DNA of 64,000 nucleotides from Candidatus Bathyarchaeota archaeon (GTDB taxonomy: Archaea > Thermoproteota > Bathyarchaeia > Bathyarchaeales > Bathycorpusculaceae): the NCBI GenBank assembly GCA_963775685.1, contig CAVZJV010000014.1, positions 1,024,001 through 1,088,000 of the forward strand. Direction: 5' to 3'. The notes beneath the pieces are model-generated. The model had not been told where the DNA came from. It did no database searches and saw only the letters and a list, made by a program, of their open reading frames with translations. Of the stretch, positions 42,248-53,016 are shown piece after piece. The number at the start of each line of letters is the position of its first letter. Positions within the stretch are counted from its first letter, which is position 1. The position numbers were made by a program, and so were the translations under genes.

Positions 42248-42856
42248 TTATGTAAGTGACTTTAATTTCTTAATTTCAGCGTTTATTTTTATTATTTGGT
42301 TTTCGATCTCTGCCCCTAAGCTGTCCATACTTTCAGCAGTTAATCCTTTCTTTGTTTTCATATCTGCGGATAGATTGGGCAGTTGTTTAAGTTGCGATGC
42401 CGTATTTTCCAGGAAATTAGTGCACTCTGAAATGACGCCTAACTTAGTTTGCTCAGCTTCGGCAGTCTGTAGTTTTGCCTTTTCGGCAATTAAGTTGGCT
42501 TCAGTTGCTGCTTTGGTAGCTATATCGGCAGCTTGTTTTGCTGTTTCTGTTTGTTGCTGGGAGGTTTCTGCAGCTTGATTGGCGGTACTTGCCACTTGAG
42601 TGGCAGTGTTTGCTACTTTGCTTGCTGTGTCTGCTGCTTTTTCTGAGGGCAACCGACCAAAATAGTACCCTATAATGATTCCACCCCATCCGCCTAAAAT
42701 TGCAAAAATGCCTTGCGCAGACGCTAAGTCCGGCGTTGATTTGGTCAGCAAAGGCAACAGCAGTAACAAAGTTGCGGCAATGATAACCACACCTATCGTT
42801 GCAGATACGACTTCTTTAAAAATAGTCAGTTTCGAGGCTGTATCATTTTGTGTTAT
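42248..42856 (-). CDS. Two-TM protein with GYYFG motif and Ala/Thr-rich coiled coil
   Basis: ORF 42248-42790 extends in frame to an ATA just after a GAGGTGA SD; IIGYYFG then heptad-like helix. Confidence 0.6.
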   Translation of the reverse strand: MTQNDTASKLTIFKEVVSATIGVVIIAATLLLLLPLLTKSTPDLASAQGIFAILGGWGGIIIGYYFGRLPSEKAADTASKVANTATQVASTANQAAETSQQQTETAKQAADIATKAATEANLIAEKAKLQTAEAEQTKLGVISECTNFLENTASQLKQLPNLSADMKTKKGLTAESMDSLGAEIENQIIKINAEIKKLKSLT

Positions 42857-43213
42857 TTTCTCACCTCAGATCTAATATCGTTTGATTGAATTTATAGCAC
42901 TTTTGATTTTGAATACAAAGTAGTCGAACTAAGAATACAAATTTAGGCATAAAATGTTGTCTCTCACCTATTTTTTGGTTGATGAGCATTTTTGTGATTG
43001 GTAAACGTCTGCATTTTTTAAAGATAGCAAAGCCAAAGAAGCAGGTGCCTAAGCTGTGAGTGTACCCAAGGGATCCTCTGAGAGAACCGTTAGTTCTCCT
43101 CTGCAAGATGCGCAGCGTTGCTGGCTTGTAGTTGCTGTCGCAGGCGAATTCTGATTTGATTGTTTTGTCAAACCCTTCAAAGTGAAGATGTATCGTATTT
43201 GTTGCTTTTTGGT

Positions 43214-43429
43214 CTAGATTGTTATTGATTGTTCGTCTCTTGGAATAGCCATTAGCTCAATATCTTCTTGACTTCGGACTCTTATCTTTGTGGGTTTTTG
43301 TTTGTGTGTGTGGTTTGGTTCGCCTATGTTGTATAGGGTCCAGCCGAATAGGAAGATGACGGCAAGTAAGGGTGCTAGTAGGATTATTTCGATTTTGCTG
43401 CGTTGTTTTCTGGGGGTTGTTTTTGCCAT
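43214..43429 (-). CDS. Small basic single-TM protein
   Basis: RKQRSK-hydrophobic-GW..IG; paralogs at 10476 and 25366. Confidence 0.65.
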   Translation of the reverse strand: MAKTTPRKQRSKIEIILLAPLLAVIFLFGWTLYNIGEPNHTHKQKPTKIRVRSQEDIELMAIPRDEQSITI

Positions 43430-43987
43430 TTGGTTGCCAGCAACATTTTAGTTACTTGGTTTTTGGGTTATAAGCTTTATTAATTACTGATACACAAGTC
43501 TTATCTGACTATTTTTTGGGTTCCTTTTTGAAAACTGGGATAGTTTTCAAGGTCTATTCCGCGGTCGGAATATGGCTTATATGGTTTTTTGGGGCGATTG
43601 CTTGCTATGGGCGTGTGGAGATGGCTGCAAAACTAAGGGCGCATGGTTCATGGCAAAGGGGTTGTTTGGCTGTGTATGTTTTTGTTTTGCTGTTTATGGT
43701 CATCGGTTTAACGCTTGGAAGCGGAGTTTGGATGTTTGGTGGGCTGGCTTGTTGGGGTTGTGCCGTTTTTGGCTGGTTTTACTATTACAGTAAAAGTAAT
43801 AATGCAAAATGTTTAAAAACTGATTCAGCAAATATGAGGAGCTACATTGGAGGAGAAAGGCAAGGAAAAGTTGTTCTAGTTAGAGTTGACTGCTCATGTC
43901 CGCTTCCTTCAGGAAGGGATACGACAGAGTCCTCTCTTGAATAGTTTCTTGTCTTGTATGTTTCAAGTTAATATGTGGGTTGTTTTG

Positions 43988-44299
43988 TTGGGTAAAAATC
44001 GTGATCGCCTAAGCATCGTGGCAGCCATATTGGAAGTGGCGCACAATGGTGCAAGCAAAACTCGCATAATGTATGCGGCAAACTTGAGCTTTAGCCTCCT
44101 TGAAAAATACTTAGCCGTTGCTTTAAGTTCAGGTTTTATTAAAGTTAGCCGTGGTAAGTACCGTTTGACTTTGAAAGGCCACGAATTCTTAAAAGATTAC
44201 AACTATTTCCATCAACGCTACGACCGCGCACAAAAGATGCTGGAGTCTTTGGGTTCAGAGCGAGAGCAACTGGAAGGTTTATGTAACAGGATTGCATAA
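43988..44299 (+). CDS. ArnR1-like winged HTH regulator
   Basis: KNRDRLSIVAAIL..KTRIMYAANLS..LEKYL..LTLKG; paralog of 11295. Confidence 0.8.
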   Translation: MGKNRDRLSIVAAILEVAHNGASKTRIMYAANLSFSLLEKYLAVALSSGFIKVSRGKYRLTLKGHEFLKDYNYFHQRYDRAQKMLESLGSEREQLEGLCNRIA

Positions 44300-44412
44300 A
44301 TAATTCGGTTAAGCCTAAGATTGATGTGGAATAGTTCGGTTTTCGATATACTTCAAATTTTTTCATAATGTCTTATATCTTAAGTTAGCCATTGGTTTTG
44401 TGTGAGTGAAAG

Positions 44413-45123
44413 ATGTTAATTAATCCGTTAGATAAAGAAGAAGCGCAAAGAAGTGCAGAGACTCAGGTCATCATTGCAGCTCTAAACGAGGAGAAAGGAA
44501 TAGGCCTCACAATAACAGAGATGCTAGATGCCCTTGATGCTGCGGAATTAATCGTTGTCGATGGCAAAAGCACCGACAGAACAAGTGAGATCGCTAAAAA
44601 TCTGGGCGCAAAGGTTGCCGTCCAGGATGGAAAAGGAAAGGGCGATGCAGTAGCCAAAGCCCTCCAACTCATAGGCGCAGAAACAGAATACATCGTACTC
44701 ACAGACGCCGATTACACCTACCCAGCCCAATACGTTCCCGAAATGATCCAGATACTAAAAGAGCAACCTGAAGTCGGCATGGTATGTGGCAACCGCTTAA
44801 ACGGCAACGTAGACCCAGAAGCTCTGCATAGAATATTCCACATAGGAAACAAACTAATAGCATTTGCTCACAATCACGTAAACGGTGTCGAACTAAAAGA
44901 TCCGTTAACTGGGCTTAGGGTAATTCGGGCCGACCTGCTAAGAGCGTGGAAGGTAAAGTCAAAAGGCTTTGACATAGAAGTAGAACTAAACAACTATGTG
45001 CAGCAAACAGGCAAAGAAATCGTTGAGGTTCCAATTCAATACCGACAAAGAATAGGCCAGAAAAAACTCGGACTAAAAAATGGCTACGAAATCTTCAAAC
45101 GCATCATGCTGAACGCTTGGTAA
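44413..45123 (+). CDS. GT2, dolichol-phosphate-mannose-synthase-like (paralog of 9514)
   Basis: AALNEE, TDADYTYP, GMVCGNR, DPLTGLRV, GFDIEVE. Confidence 0.9.
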   Translation: MLINPLDKEEAQRSAETQVIIAALNEEKGIGLTITEMLDALDAAELIVVDGKSTDRTSEIAKNLGAKVAVQDGKGKGDAVAKALQLIGAETEYIVLTDADYTYPAQYVPEMIQILKEQPEVGMVCGNRLNGNVDPEALHRIFHIGNKLIAFAHNHVNGVELKDPLTGLRVIRADLLRAWKVKSKGFDIEVELNNYVQQTGKEIVEVPIQYRQRIGQKKLGLKNGYEIFKRIMLNAW

Positions 45124-45244
45124 GCTAACTTGGCGCTTTTTGGCTTTGCTTTCAAATAATTGTTAAATATTTTGCTAACCTGCCTTAAGTAAAAATCTCG
45201 TTAAAACCTGTGGAGAGACATAGAATTAGGATTTCCAAAAAATA

Positions 45245-45740
45245 TTGGCCCTAAGTTTGCTTTTCCTGCTAACCCTTAGTGCCTGTGTAGAAATACATTT
45301 TGGAGCTGCACAAACCGACACTACACAAGTCAGTTTGCAGACCGCTAATAACAGGTTAAACCAAGCCTTCAGTGATGTGCTTGAAGCCGAAAAAGCAGGC
45401 GCAAACGTAACAAGCCTTCTTATCCAGCTAAACGGTGCTGCAGACTTGTTGGCTCAGGCCGAAAACATCTACCGCAGCGGCGTCATCACCGGTGTCCAAG
45501 CTAAGTTAGATATTGTTGTTGCAACTGCGGGTCAAGTTTCCTCTTTAGCGCAAACTGCCCAAACCGACGCCAAAGCTTCCGCTCAGACTGGTCTTGCTTT
45601 GACGGTGGCCTTTAGTGTGGTTGGTTCAATTGTTTTGGTTTTTGTTTTGTTTTGGGTTTGGCGCATCCTCAAAGGCAGCTACATCAAACGTATTGGCGAC
45701 ATGAAGCCGGAGGTCGTTGGCGATGAAGCTGATGATTACA
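45245..45740 (+). CDS. Secreted, C-terminally anchored helical protein (paralog of 5477); 3' end fused to the next gene by a frameshift
   Basis: AEKAGANV..L..LN.A motif, C-terminal TM, YIKRIGDMKPEV. Confidence 0.6.
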
Positions 45741-46315
45741 AACTTATCCTAATCACGGTTGGCGTAATCGGAATGTATTTTTCGCCTCCCCCTCCATTGC
45801 GGCGTTAGATTCTTTGCCGGCTGAGGAGCGGTTTTTCGGAGTTGTTTCTTCTGGCCCCAAACAAATGGCAGCTGATTACCCCTACAACATTGTGCCCAAC
45901 CAAAACTACACCATATACTTCGGTTAACCAAACCATGTGGATCCTTAGCCTACTACCAACTTTATGTTAGGCCTACAATGCCTCTGACGCTTTGCCTGAC
46001 AAGCTCTTCGGCGTAACCAACCCCACCCAAACCTGCTACGACTTACGCTTCTCAATCCAAGACGGACAAACCTTTCAGATCCCAGTAACCTTTTCAATCA
46101 CCAACACACACACCCAAAACAACCAAACAACCATCGGCAACATCCAAATAAACGGCAGACCCAACCATAAACAAACCCTCCACCTGGAACCAAACAACCA
46201 CAACCTACCAATACAACCTATTCCTCGAACTCTGGATGTACAACAGTCAATCCGGCAACATAGAATTCAACAACAATTGGCCAATCTTAAATTGAATCTA
46301 ACCCAAACCCCCTAA
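45723..46315 (+). pseudogene. DUF1616-like protein, many frameshifts
   Basis: Fragments ERFSELFLLAP..MAADYPYNI, LAYYQ, LFLELWMYN, LKLNLT matching 4813-5496. Confidence 0.7.
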
Positions 46316-46339
46316 ATCATTGTTGGCGATTTTTCAAAA

Positions 46340-46640
46340 AATTTATCTGCTAATCAAAAAAGTTCTGCCGTCATCTTTCTCCCTAATCTGGGGTTGGCGA
46401 GCACCTAAACTTGACTATACTTTTCTCATTTAACGGCAACTAAACATCCTCCATTCCTGATTTCGGTAGACGAACCGTGACATGTACAGGCCCATCCAAA
46501 AACCCCTGCAACCTTTATTAACAAAGCAATCAAAAGCAACCTTCACTCCAAGCAAAAAAGCTAAGATGCTTCTGTCAGACAACAAACCACTTCAAACCAA
46601 AAGATCCCACAATTCAAAAACCAAAAGAAATTATGAAAAT
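46340..46640. repeat. Dispersed repeat copy, inverted (core at 46393-46410)
   Basis: GTTGGCGAGCACCTAAAC is the reverse complement of the core; flank aligns by eye with 27680-27910. Confidence 0.7.
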
Positions 46641-47133
46641 TAGAAAAAATCAATTTTATATATGGCAAAAACTAATTAGTTTTAGTGACACTTTAGTTTT
46701 GTATTAATTTTATTTGGGTTCCGGTGAGCGTTAGTCGCAGCTAAATCTCTGAGGCTGCCGGTATTTGCTGCTGCGGTTAGGGTTAGGGTTGCTTGGATTG
46801 ATTGTCCTGCGGGAAAAACTGTGGCGGTTGGGCGCAAGATATGGTGATGGATTCGCTAAAGCTCAACTAACCCAGCCCCCTTTTTAGGTTCAGCCGACAC
46901 TTTAAAAGAAGAAGAAGAGTGAAAATTCTGCTCTTCTTCCTCTACCCAATCTCATTTTTTGGACAACCACCCAGGCTGCCGCGGATATCGCAGGTTTTTG
47001 TACGTCGCAAATTATTTCACAGCCGGGCTGAGATTTTTTCAAAACTAAAATTTTCTGTTATCTATCGTTACTGTGCTGAGGTATAATTGCAGTGTTTCTC
47101 TAACAGCCCAAATTTCGCGAGCTATTTAATTCG

Positions 47134-47224
47134 GGATGAAGCGAAACTGGAAAGGCCATGCAGACAAAGGAAGAGCACAGAAAAACAATCTTAGAAAAAA
47201 GCCAACAAAAAAATCTGATGGGCG
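47134..47224. repeat. Direct repeat, left of the TA cassette
   Basis: 30-bp exact match ACAAAGGAAGAGCACAGAAAAACAATCTTA (47164-47193) with 48291-48320, plus similar flanks. Confidence 0.85.
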
Positions 47225-47359
47225 GAATAAAATATTAACTGGGCAATCAACATGGTAGGTGAAACCGAAAAGTAAGTTCAAGGAAAAAGAAAAAAGAACA
47301 TCTATTACAGCAAAATCTTTGTGTATGCAGACGATATCTATTGTATACGGCGATAACTA

Positions 47360-47671
47360 TTGACACTCAAACCATTAGCCGTTCGCGTCCCCTCTGAACT
47401 AGACAAGGAAATTTCTGAGATCATAAAAAAAGAAAAACTAGACAAAGCAACTGTTGTCCGAAATCTCCTCGAAAGAGGCATCACCGAATGGAGAAAACAA
47501 ACAGCCCTAGACCTCTTAACCAAAGGGAAAGTCACTTTTGCCCAAGCAGCAGACATCGCAAAGCTTTCTCTATGGGAATTTGCGGATTTACTAAAACAAA
47601 GCAACATTGAATGGGTCCGATTTGAACCTGAAGAAATCGAGAAAGAATTTACTGCAGCATCTACGGCGTAA
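47360..47671 (+). CDS. UPF0175 family antitoxin
   Basis: AVRVP..DKATVVR, GKVTFAQAADIAKLSLWEF. Confidence 0.85.
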   Translation: MTLKPLAVRVPSELDKEISEIIKKEKLDKATVVRNLLERGITEWRKQTALDLLTKGKVTFAQAADIAKLSLWEFADLLKQSNIEWVRFEPEEIEKEFTAASTA

Positions 47672-47676
47672 CAAAA

Positions 47677-48189
47677 TTGAAACCGCTAATTTTCTACTCT
47701 ACCCCCTTGATATACCTCTCCAAAGTAGGGTTAAGCGGGATTATTGGAAACCTGCAAGATGAAAAGTTGACTTCTCCGCTGGTGAAAACTGAAGTTGTGG
47801 ATAAAGGCAAACAAAAAGGTGTCCCAGACGCGATTGCACTGGAAAGACTGTTTGAAAACGGCGTTTTTAAACTTTGCAAACCCAAAGACAACTTGTTTCT
47901 TTCACATATATCCAAGACACGGGGGCTTCATGCTGCCGACGCTGAGGTCTTAGCACTTGCCAAGGAGCATGCAGGCATAGCTGTCATTGATGATGAAGTT
48001 GCAAGGAAAACCGCTAAAGTCTACAGAATCAGTTACGTAGGCACACCCTATGTTTTGGCAAGAGCGATTTTTGAAGGGCTCCTATCAAAAGAGCAGGCTA
48101 AGGGGGCAGTTAAGGATATGGTTACTTTAGGTTGGCGGTGCAACGTGGAAACCTATGCCAAGATAATGGAGCTAATAGATAAAATATAG
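47677..48189 (+). CDS. DUF3368 PIN-like toxin
   Basis: STPLIYL, ADAEVLALA, VIDDEVAR, GT; the first catalytic Asp appears replaced by Tyr. Confidence 0.8.
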   Translation: MKPLIFYSTPLIYLSKVGLSGIIGNLQDEKLTSPLVKTEVVDKGKQKGVPDAIALERLFENGVFKLCKPKDNLFLSHISKTRGLHAADAEVLALAKEHAGIAVIDDEVARKTAKVYRISYVGTPYVLARAIFEGLLSKEQAKGAVKDMVTLGWRCNVETYAKIMELIDKI

Positions 48190-48259
48190 GGCGGCAGTTT
48201 GGGCAAACTAAAACAAATTGTATATTTAAATGCTCGGGCAATCCAATCTATCTAATTAA

Positions 48260-48356
48260 GGATAAAACGAAACTGCAAAAGATCATACACACAAAGGAAG
48301 AGCACAGAAAAACAATCTTAACCAAAAAGCCAACAAAAACAAAAGCTGACAGGGCG
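48260..48356. repeat. Direct repeat, right of the TA cassette
   Basis: Matches 47134-47224. Confidence 0.85.
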
Positions 48357-48393
48357 CACACCCTATGGGTCTATTTCCCCTGAGTTTGTTTTG

Positions 48394-48776
48394 CTATATC
48401 CAAGTTGTTTCTATTTCTTTGATTTGTTCAAAATGAGGGTCATCTGAAACGCAAACAGCCTTCAACATTGATGCCGTACCAGCAATCATACTGTCCCCCA
48501 TCGAAAGGTCGTATTTTTGTCTTAATTCTGCTGAGATTTGGGCTATTTGGATATCAACCAGCACCACTTGAAAATCTTTTTCAATTAATGTAGATCGAAG
48601 TTTGGCAATTTCTCTTCCCTCTCGAACAAAAGACAACTTGAATAACTCATGGATTACTATTGCCGAGACATATTTTTCCTTGCGCTTTTTTCTTCTAATA
48701 GTTTCTTATGCTGGGTTTCGTCTTTGGAGTAGAAGAACTCAACGAAGAACCGGGTGTCGTAGGTTGCCTTATGCAT
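48394..48776 (-). pseudogene. vapC: VapC PIN toxin, frameshifted
   Basis: MHKATYDTRFFVEFF start, VIHE, SMGDSMIAGTA, VSDDPHF. Confidence 0.75.
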
Positions 48777-48999
48777 CTTGTTCCCTGAGTTTGTCTAATT
48801 CTTTTTTCATTTTCTCGGGAGTTGCAAACTCTGATCCGGATCCTATTAAATCCCATATTGACTCTTTTCGCTTGAAAAGTATCCCGTCGCTAGTCTCAAC
48901 GACTTCAAGTCTTGTGCCTTCTTCTATTTTGAATTTCTTGCGAAGGCGCACAGGAATAGTTGTCTGCCCTTTCTTTGTTACGACAACTTCTGTTTCCAA
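48769..48999 (-). CDS. AbrB/MazE antitoxin
   Basis: VTKKGQTTIPVRLRKKFKIEEGTRL. Confidence 0.9.
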   Translation of the reverse strand: METEVVVTKKGQTTIPVRLRKKFKIEEGTRLEVVETSDGILFKRKESIWDLIGSGSEFATPEKMKKELDKLREQDA

Positions 49000-49413
49000 C
49001 TTTAATCAACGTATTACCTTTAAAAAATACTACTTCTTTAAATGTTTCTACTAAAAGACTTAAAAATAACAGAAAAAATATTCACTCATTATTTTCAATG
49101 ACTTTCTATATTCCATTTTTTCAAAAAAAACTTTAAAAAAGAAAACTAACTTGAGTCACCCATGTTTAACATACACCTTATTCGACAAGAAGCTAAACAC
49201 CACATGAACCCAACCTTAACCACCGAATTAAACTATAGAAAACTTACACAAAAAATCTATAATTCTTTTCTATTTAGTCAAGACTATCACAGCATACACA
49301 ATGAACACTTAAACTATAATAAAGAAAGGCAACTATAGAAAAAATACTGATGCAAAAGCTTTTCAGTTAACAATTACATAAATAATTTTAAAGAATGAGT
49401 TGAGTTAGAATCT

Positions 49414-49626
49414 ATGCCTGCTCCAACTGTGAAAGATGGTAAATGGTCAAAAGAACGTGAGAGAACAAAATCTGGAAGATGGCGAAAAAAACGCTCCGAC
49501 GCTAATCAACCCAGACAGAAAAAATCAAACCGAAAATACAAAATCGCCATCGCAGCAATAGGTATAATTGCCATCGCTTTAATAGTGATTTATCTCTACT
49601 TACCCGGTTTGTTGAGATTGTCATAG
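49414..49626 (+). CDS. Small basic protein with C-terminal TM
   Basis: RTKSGRWRKKRSDA followed by a hydrophobic helix. Confidence 0.5.
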   Translation: MPAPTVKDGKWSKERERTKSGRWRKKRSDANQPRQKKSNRKYKIAIAAIGIIAIALIVIYLYLPGLLRLS

Positions 49627-49995
49627 TAACTAACATAGCAGCTAAAGCAATCCAAATCAAGTCCTGCGCTGTCAATCGATGACCGTGCGGGCTTTAAATT
49701 TAATAGTTTTAAAAAGGGCTCTTAAGTTCAATATTCAACCGGTAAGCTTCTCTCCAAATTGTGTTATCGCTCATTTTGGATATGTTAAGATCAATACATA
49801 CTCCTCATTTAGTCGTGTCCAAAAAAGATGAAAACTTCTGGTTAACGATTTAGTGTTTGATTTGGCTAAAATTCTTTCATCTCTGTGCAATCTTCTCCAG
49901 AACTTAATCCACAAACCAGATGCTCAAAAACTATCCTGAATAACTCGCTGAAGAGCTCAAGAAGATGGTAAAGATTTTTCGACTAAGAAGCTTTT

Positions 49996-50223
49996 TTAGT
50001 AATGTTTGGCCGCTTCTTTTAGGGTCTTTTCAACCAGCTCATTTTCGATCCGTTCTTGCTCAGAAGCGGCTTTTACAGGGTCTTTTTCTCTTTCCCCATG
50101 CTGAGAAGCATGGGCTTCAATAGCCTTTGCCATCATCTTCAGATCCGGAACCAACAAGATCTTAAAACCACATTCACATTCAATGAAAGTGCCTCCTTCT
50201 ATTGGAAAGTCATTCTCTGGCAT
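49996..50223 (-). CDS. Small CECG...HxxxH putative zinc-binding protein
   Basis: IECECGFKILLVPDLKMMAKAIEAHASQH. Confidence 0.65.
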   Translation of the reverse strand: MPENDFPIEGGTFIECECGFKILLVPDLKMMAKAIEAHASQHGEREKDPVKAASEQERIENELVEKTLKEAAKHY

Positions 50224-50795
50224 TAGCCTACACCCCAAATCCACTGTGAACTAACACTCTAAAATGAAAACTTAAGAAGTATATTCCTAAAACACGAATA
50301 ATCCCGACCGGCAAATGGCTAAACGAGGTTTTAATAATAATTAGATACCATTTTAGCTGCTTGTCTGTAACTTCCTTTAGCTGTGCCTTGGCTAAAACTC
50401 CATATGAAACGTAGGCTGGGGATACTAGCGCCAAATTGCATCTCCCACCTTTTCTGAATACAACATATTTAGCAACTTACTAAACACCTGTCTAACTCGT
50501 AATTGCTTTGCAGAATATTCATTTTCGAGACACATTTTTTTATTTAAACCTTCTGAATCCTGATCTAACAAGCAGAAATGTAGAACAACAAAACATTAGG
50601 CAGTCAAATCTCGATATATGATGCATCCGGAAGGTTCCTTTAAAAATTCAAACCCTCAGAATGTTTAAGGAGAAATAATGTTGCTTGAGTAAAACCAACA
50701 GAATCGGAACTCAAGAACTTCGATATTTAGAAAATGGTTATACAGATGATTGAATTATAACCTATCAAATTATGTGTTTCAGGTGGTGAAAAAGC

Positions 50796-51086
50796 ATGAG
50801 TAAAGATCAAGCAATAGGTGCAGCAATCGTTGTAGTCTGCGTAGCTGTCGTGCTAGCATATGTGGGGCTTCTGTTCTTTTATGATCCATACATCATATCT
50901 TTCCTTAACATCGGTTCTCAAGGAAGCGTTCAATTCTGGCTTATCGCGGCTCCCGTCGCCATAGCCTTCATTGCCATACTGGGCATTGGAAGCTGGATTG
51001 GATACACTATGGCAACAACTCCCCCGCCGAAACCAATCGAAGAAATCACAACAGAATCCACCGATAGCAACAAACCAGCACCATAA
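50796..51086 (+). CDS. Conserved archaeal small membrane protein
   Basis: MSKDQAIG, two TM helices, WIGYTMATTPPPKPIEEI; GGTGA SD. Confidence 0.8.
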   Translation: MSKDQAIGAAIVVVCVAVVLAYVGLLFFYDPYIISFLNIGSQGSVQFWLIAAPVAIAFIAILGIGSWIGYTMATTPPPKPIEEITTESTDSNKPAP

Positions 51087-51547
51087 CCCAACCAACAAAA
51101 AATAAACATTTTTTATTTTTTTAAATCGAAGCTATAATGAGTTGAGTATGTCACCATTATTTTAACCAGAGCCTACTCAGCCCAACTTTTCTCTTTTCTT
51201 TCTATTACTAACATTTGTCACCACCTTAATACGGGCAGAGCAAAAATATCGAAGCTTTGTTAGCACAAAAAACCTCAAGGTATTGTGAGTGAAAGAAGAA
51301 AAAGAGCTTGCACAAACAATTTTTTCTTCTTACAAAGAGCCACATCTAAACATGTAGAAGAAGAAACGCCTGTTGCACCAACACCTTTTCTTTCAAACAA
51401 ATCTAAAGAACAGTTAACCCCAAAAGACAGGAAATCCACCATTCTTTCAACTTAAGCATGAATCGACGCTAACTGTAACAAATCAAATACCCAAACGATA
51501 CATCTTTTGGTGCTTTGAACCTTCCAGATTCTACAAGTAAACTATCT

Positions 51548-51667
51548 TTAGAAGGTTAGTTGTTTTGTGTTGGGCTCTTTTTTGTCGTTGTCTTCATACC
51601 AGTAGTTGACCCAGTCGGGGTCTAATTCTTCAGCTATTGTGTCTGGATCTTTTTTTTCTGTTTTCAT
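51548..51667 (-). CDS. 39-aa hypothetical peptide
   Basis: MKTEKKDPDTIAEELDPDWVNYWYEDNDKKEPNTKQLTF, read by hand. Confidence 0.3.
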   Translation of the reverse strand: MKTEKKDPDTIAEELDPDWVNYWYEDNDKKEPNTKQLTF

Positions 51668-52470
51668 GATTTGAAACCTTAAGAAAGCAAACTTATTTGG
51701 AGATAGTATTAGCTCTTATGAATCTCAAATACTATTTTTCATCAACATTTCCTTGTCAAAATCTTGCAAATCCAACAACTGTACAAATTATTACGTGAGA
51801 ACTATACAAAAAAAATAGTGTTAAATTGACCCATAATTTTTGGAACAAAATATTGGTGCCGTTATAATTCTCAAGCACATGACGCAACGAGCACTAAAGA
51901 TAACTTCGCAGACTAGTTGATGAATCGCAGATAAAAGTGGTTCTTGAAAGAATGGGAAATAGGTCAACTGCAAGAACTAACTCGTTAATATCTGCTGAGA
52001 GCGATAATTGTTTTCACCTTTCCCAACCTTTCCACAATTGATTACTTAAGGTTGACGTCAAATAGAAAATTAAGTAAATGGAATCTAACGTTTACATTTG
52101 CGTTACAATATTAAATTTCCTGAAGCATTCGAGAGGTTTGAAGGTGATGTTGACCTTGGCAGGTTTGAAGCTTATCGACAGCTAACAAATGAATTTAGCG
52201 TTTAGATGGTGGGCAGGGCACGCTGGAAAAGCACAACTATACAGTGAAGTGATTTGAATACAGAAGCAAGAAATTTGGGCTTTGAAGTCTCAAGCATCTT
52301 TAGACTGTGAGATGTTTCTTCCCGATCAGGTAAAAATATAAGGTCAGTAGAAAAAAAAGAGAGGACCCTTTGTTGTCGATGCAAATTTAAGAACTAAGTA
52401 TAGAGATGTTAGGACTGGGCGATTCGTAAAGAAGCCCTAGCTCTATCTTCCTACTTTCTTTCAGCTTGCC

Positions 52471-52590
52471 TTATATTAAGTGAAAAAGAAATCTCACAAC
52501 AACAACAAGAATTATTATTAATACCACTACTACAATAGCGTACCAGAGCCATCCAGCTAAACCAGCTTTGATATTTCGCAAAAACTTCAT
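52471..52590 (-). CDS. 39-aa single-TM peptide
   Basis: MKFLRNIKAGLAGWLWYAIVVVVLIIILVVVVRFLFHLI with GGGTGA SD. Confidence 0.45.
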   Translation of the reverse strand: MKFLRNIKAGLAGWLWYAIVVVVLIIILVVVVRFLFHLI

Positions 52591-52674
52591 TTGTCCAATC
52601 ACCCCTTTTATAACTGACTCGTTGTCTACTTAACGATTTGTGACTGTAGAATCACAACTACAAACCGAGCGCTG

Positions 52675-52813
52675 ACATTGAGACAGACTGGCTGACACCT
52701 TGACAGACAAAATGACAGGATGAGGGTGCGCGTGGGTGGGAGAATACGTTCGTTATGAGTTCGTAGTCGTAGGCGTTTACGTTCAAGAGAAAAAAAACTA
52801 AAATTTAATCCAA
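52675..52813. repeat. Direct repeat A (with 56385-56530)
   Basis: Shared blocks TTGACAGACAA, TGAGGGT.CGCGTG, GTTCGTAGTCGTA, GAGAAAAAAAA..AAAATTTAATCC. Confidence 0.75.
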
Positions 52814-53016
52814 TACTGGGTGTATGGACTCGAATTTGCGATTCGGGTTTGAACTATAATTATCAAGGGAAATCCAACATAATTCTTAATTAGCATCGAA
52901 AATTCCCTGATAATTATAGCTCGCGCTTGTATTATAGGTTTATTTTGACGAGATCAACTAAATTAGGCAGTGAAGACATAAAAAAAAGAATAAGGGAAGT
53001 TGTTTTTGTGTTAGAT

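Noticed and set aside
43516-43944. 142-aa hydrophobic ORF
   Set aside because: Product of a G/T-rich low-complexity tract (Gly/Val/Phe/Trp/Cys bias).
27874-46410. CRISPR array interpretation of the 18-bp and 30-bp repeats
   Set aside because: Copies are kilobases apart with no regular spacers and no cas genes.
46700-46850. Minus-strand fragment resembling the C-terminus of a secreted Ig-like protein (AGQSIQATLTLT)
   Set aside because: Too short and broken to call.
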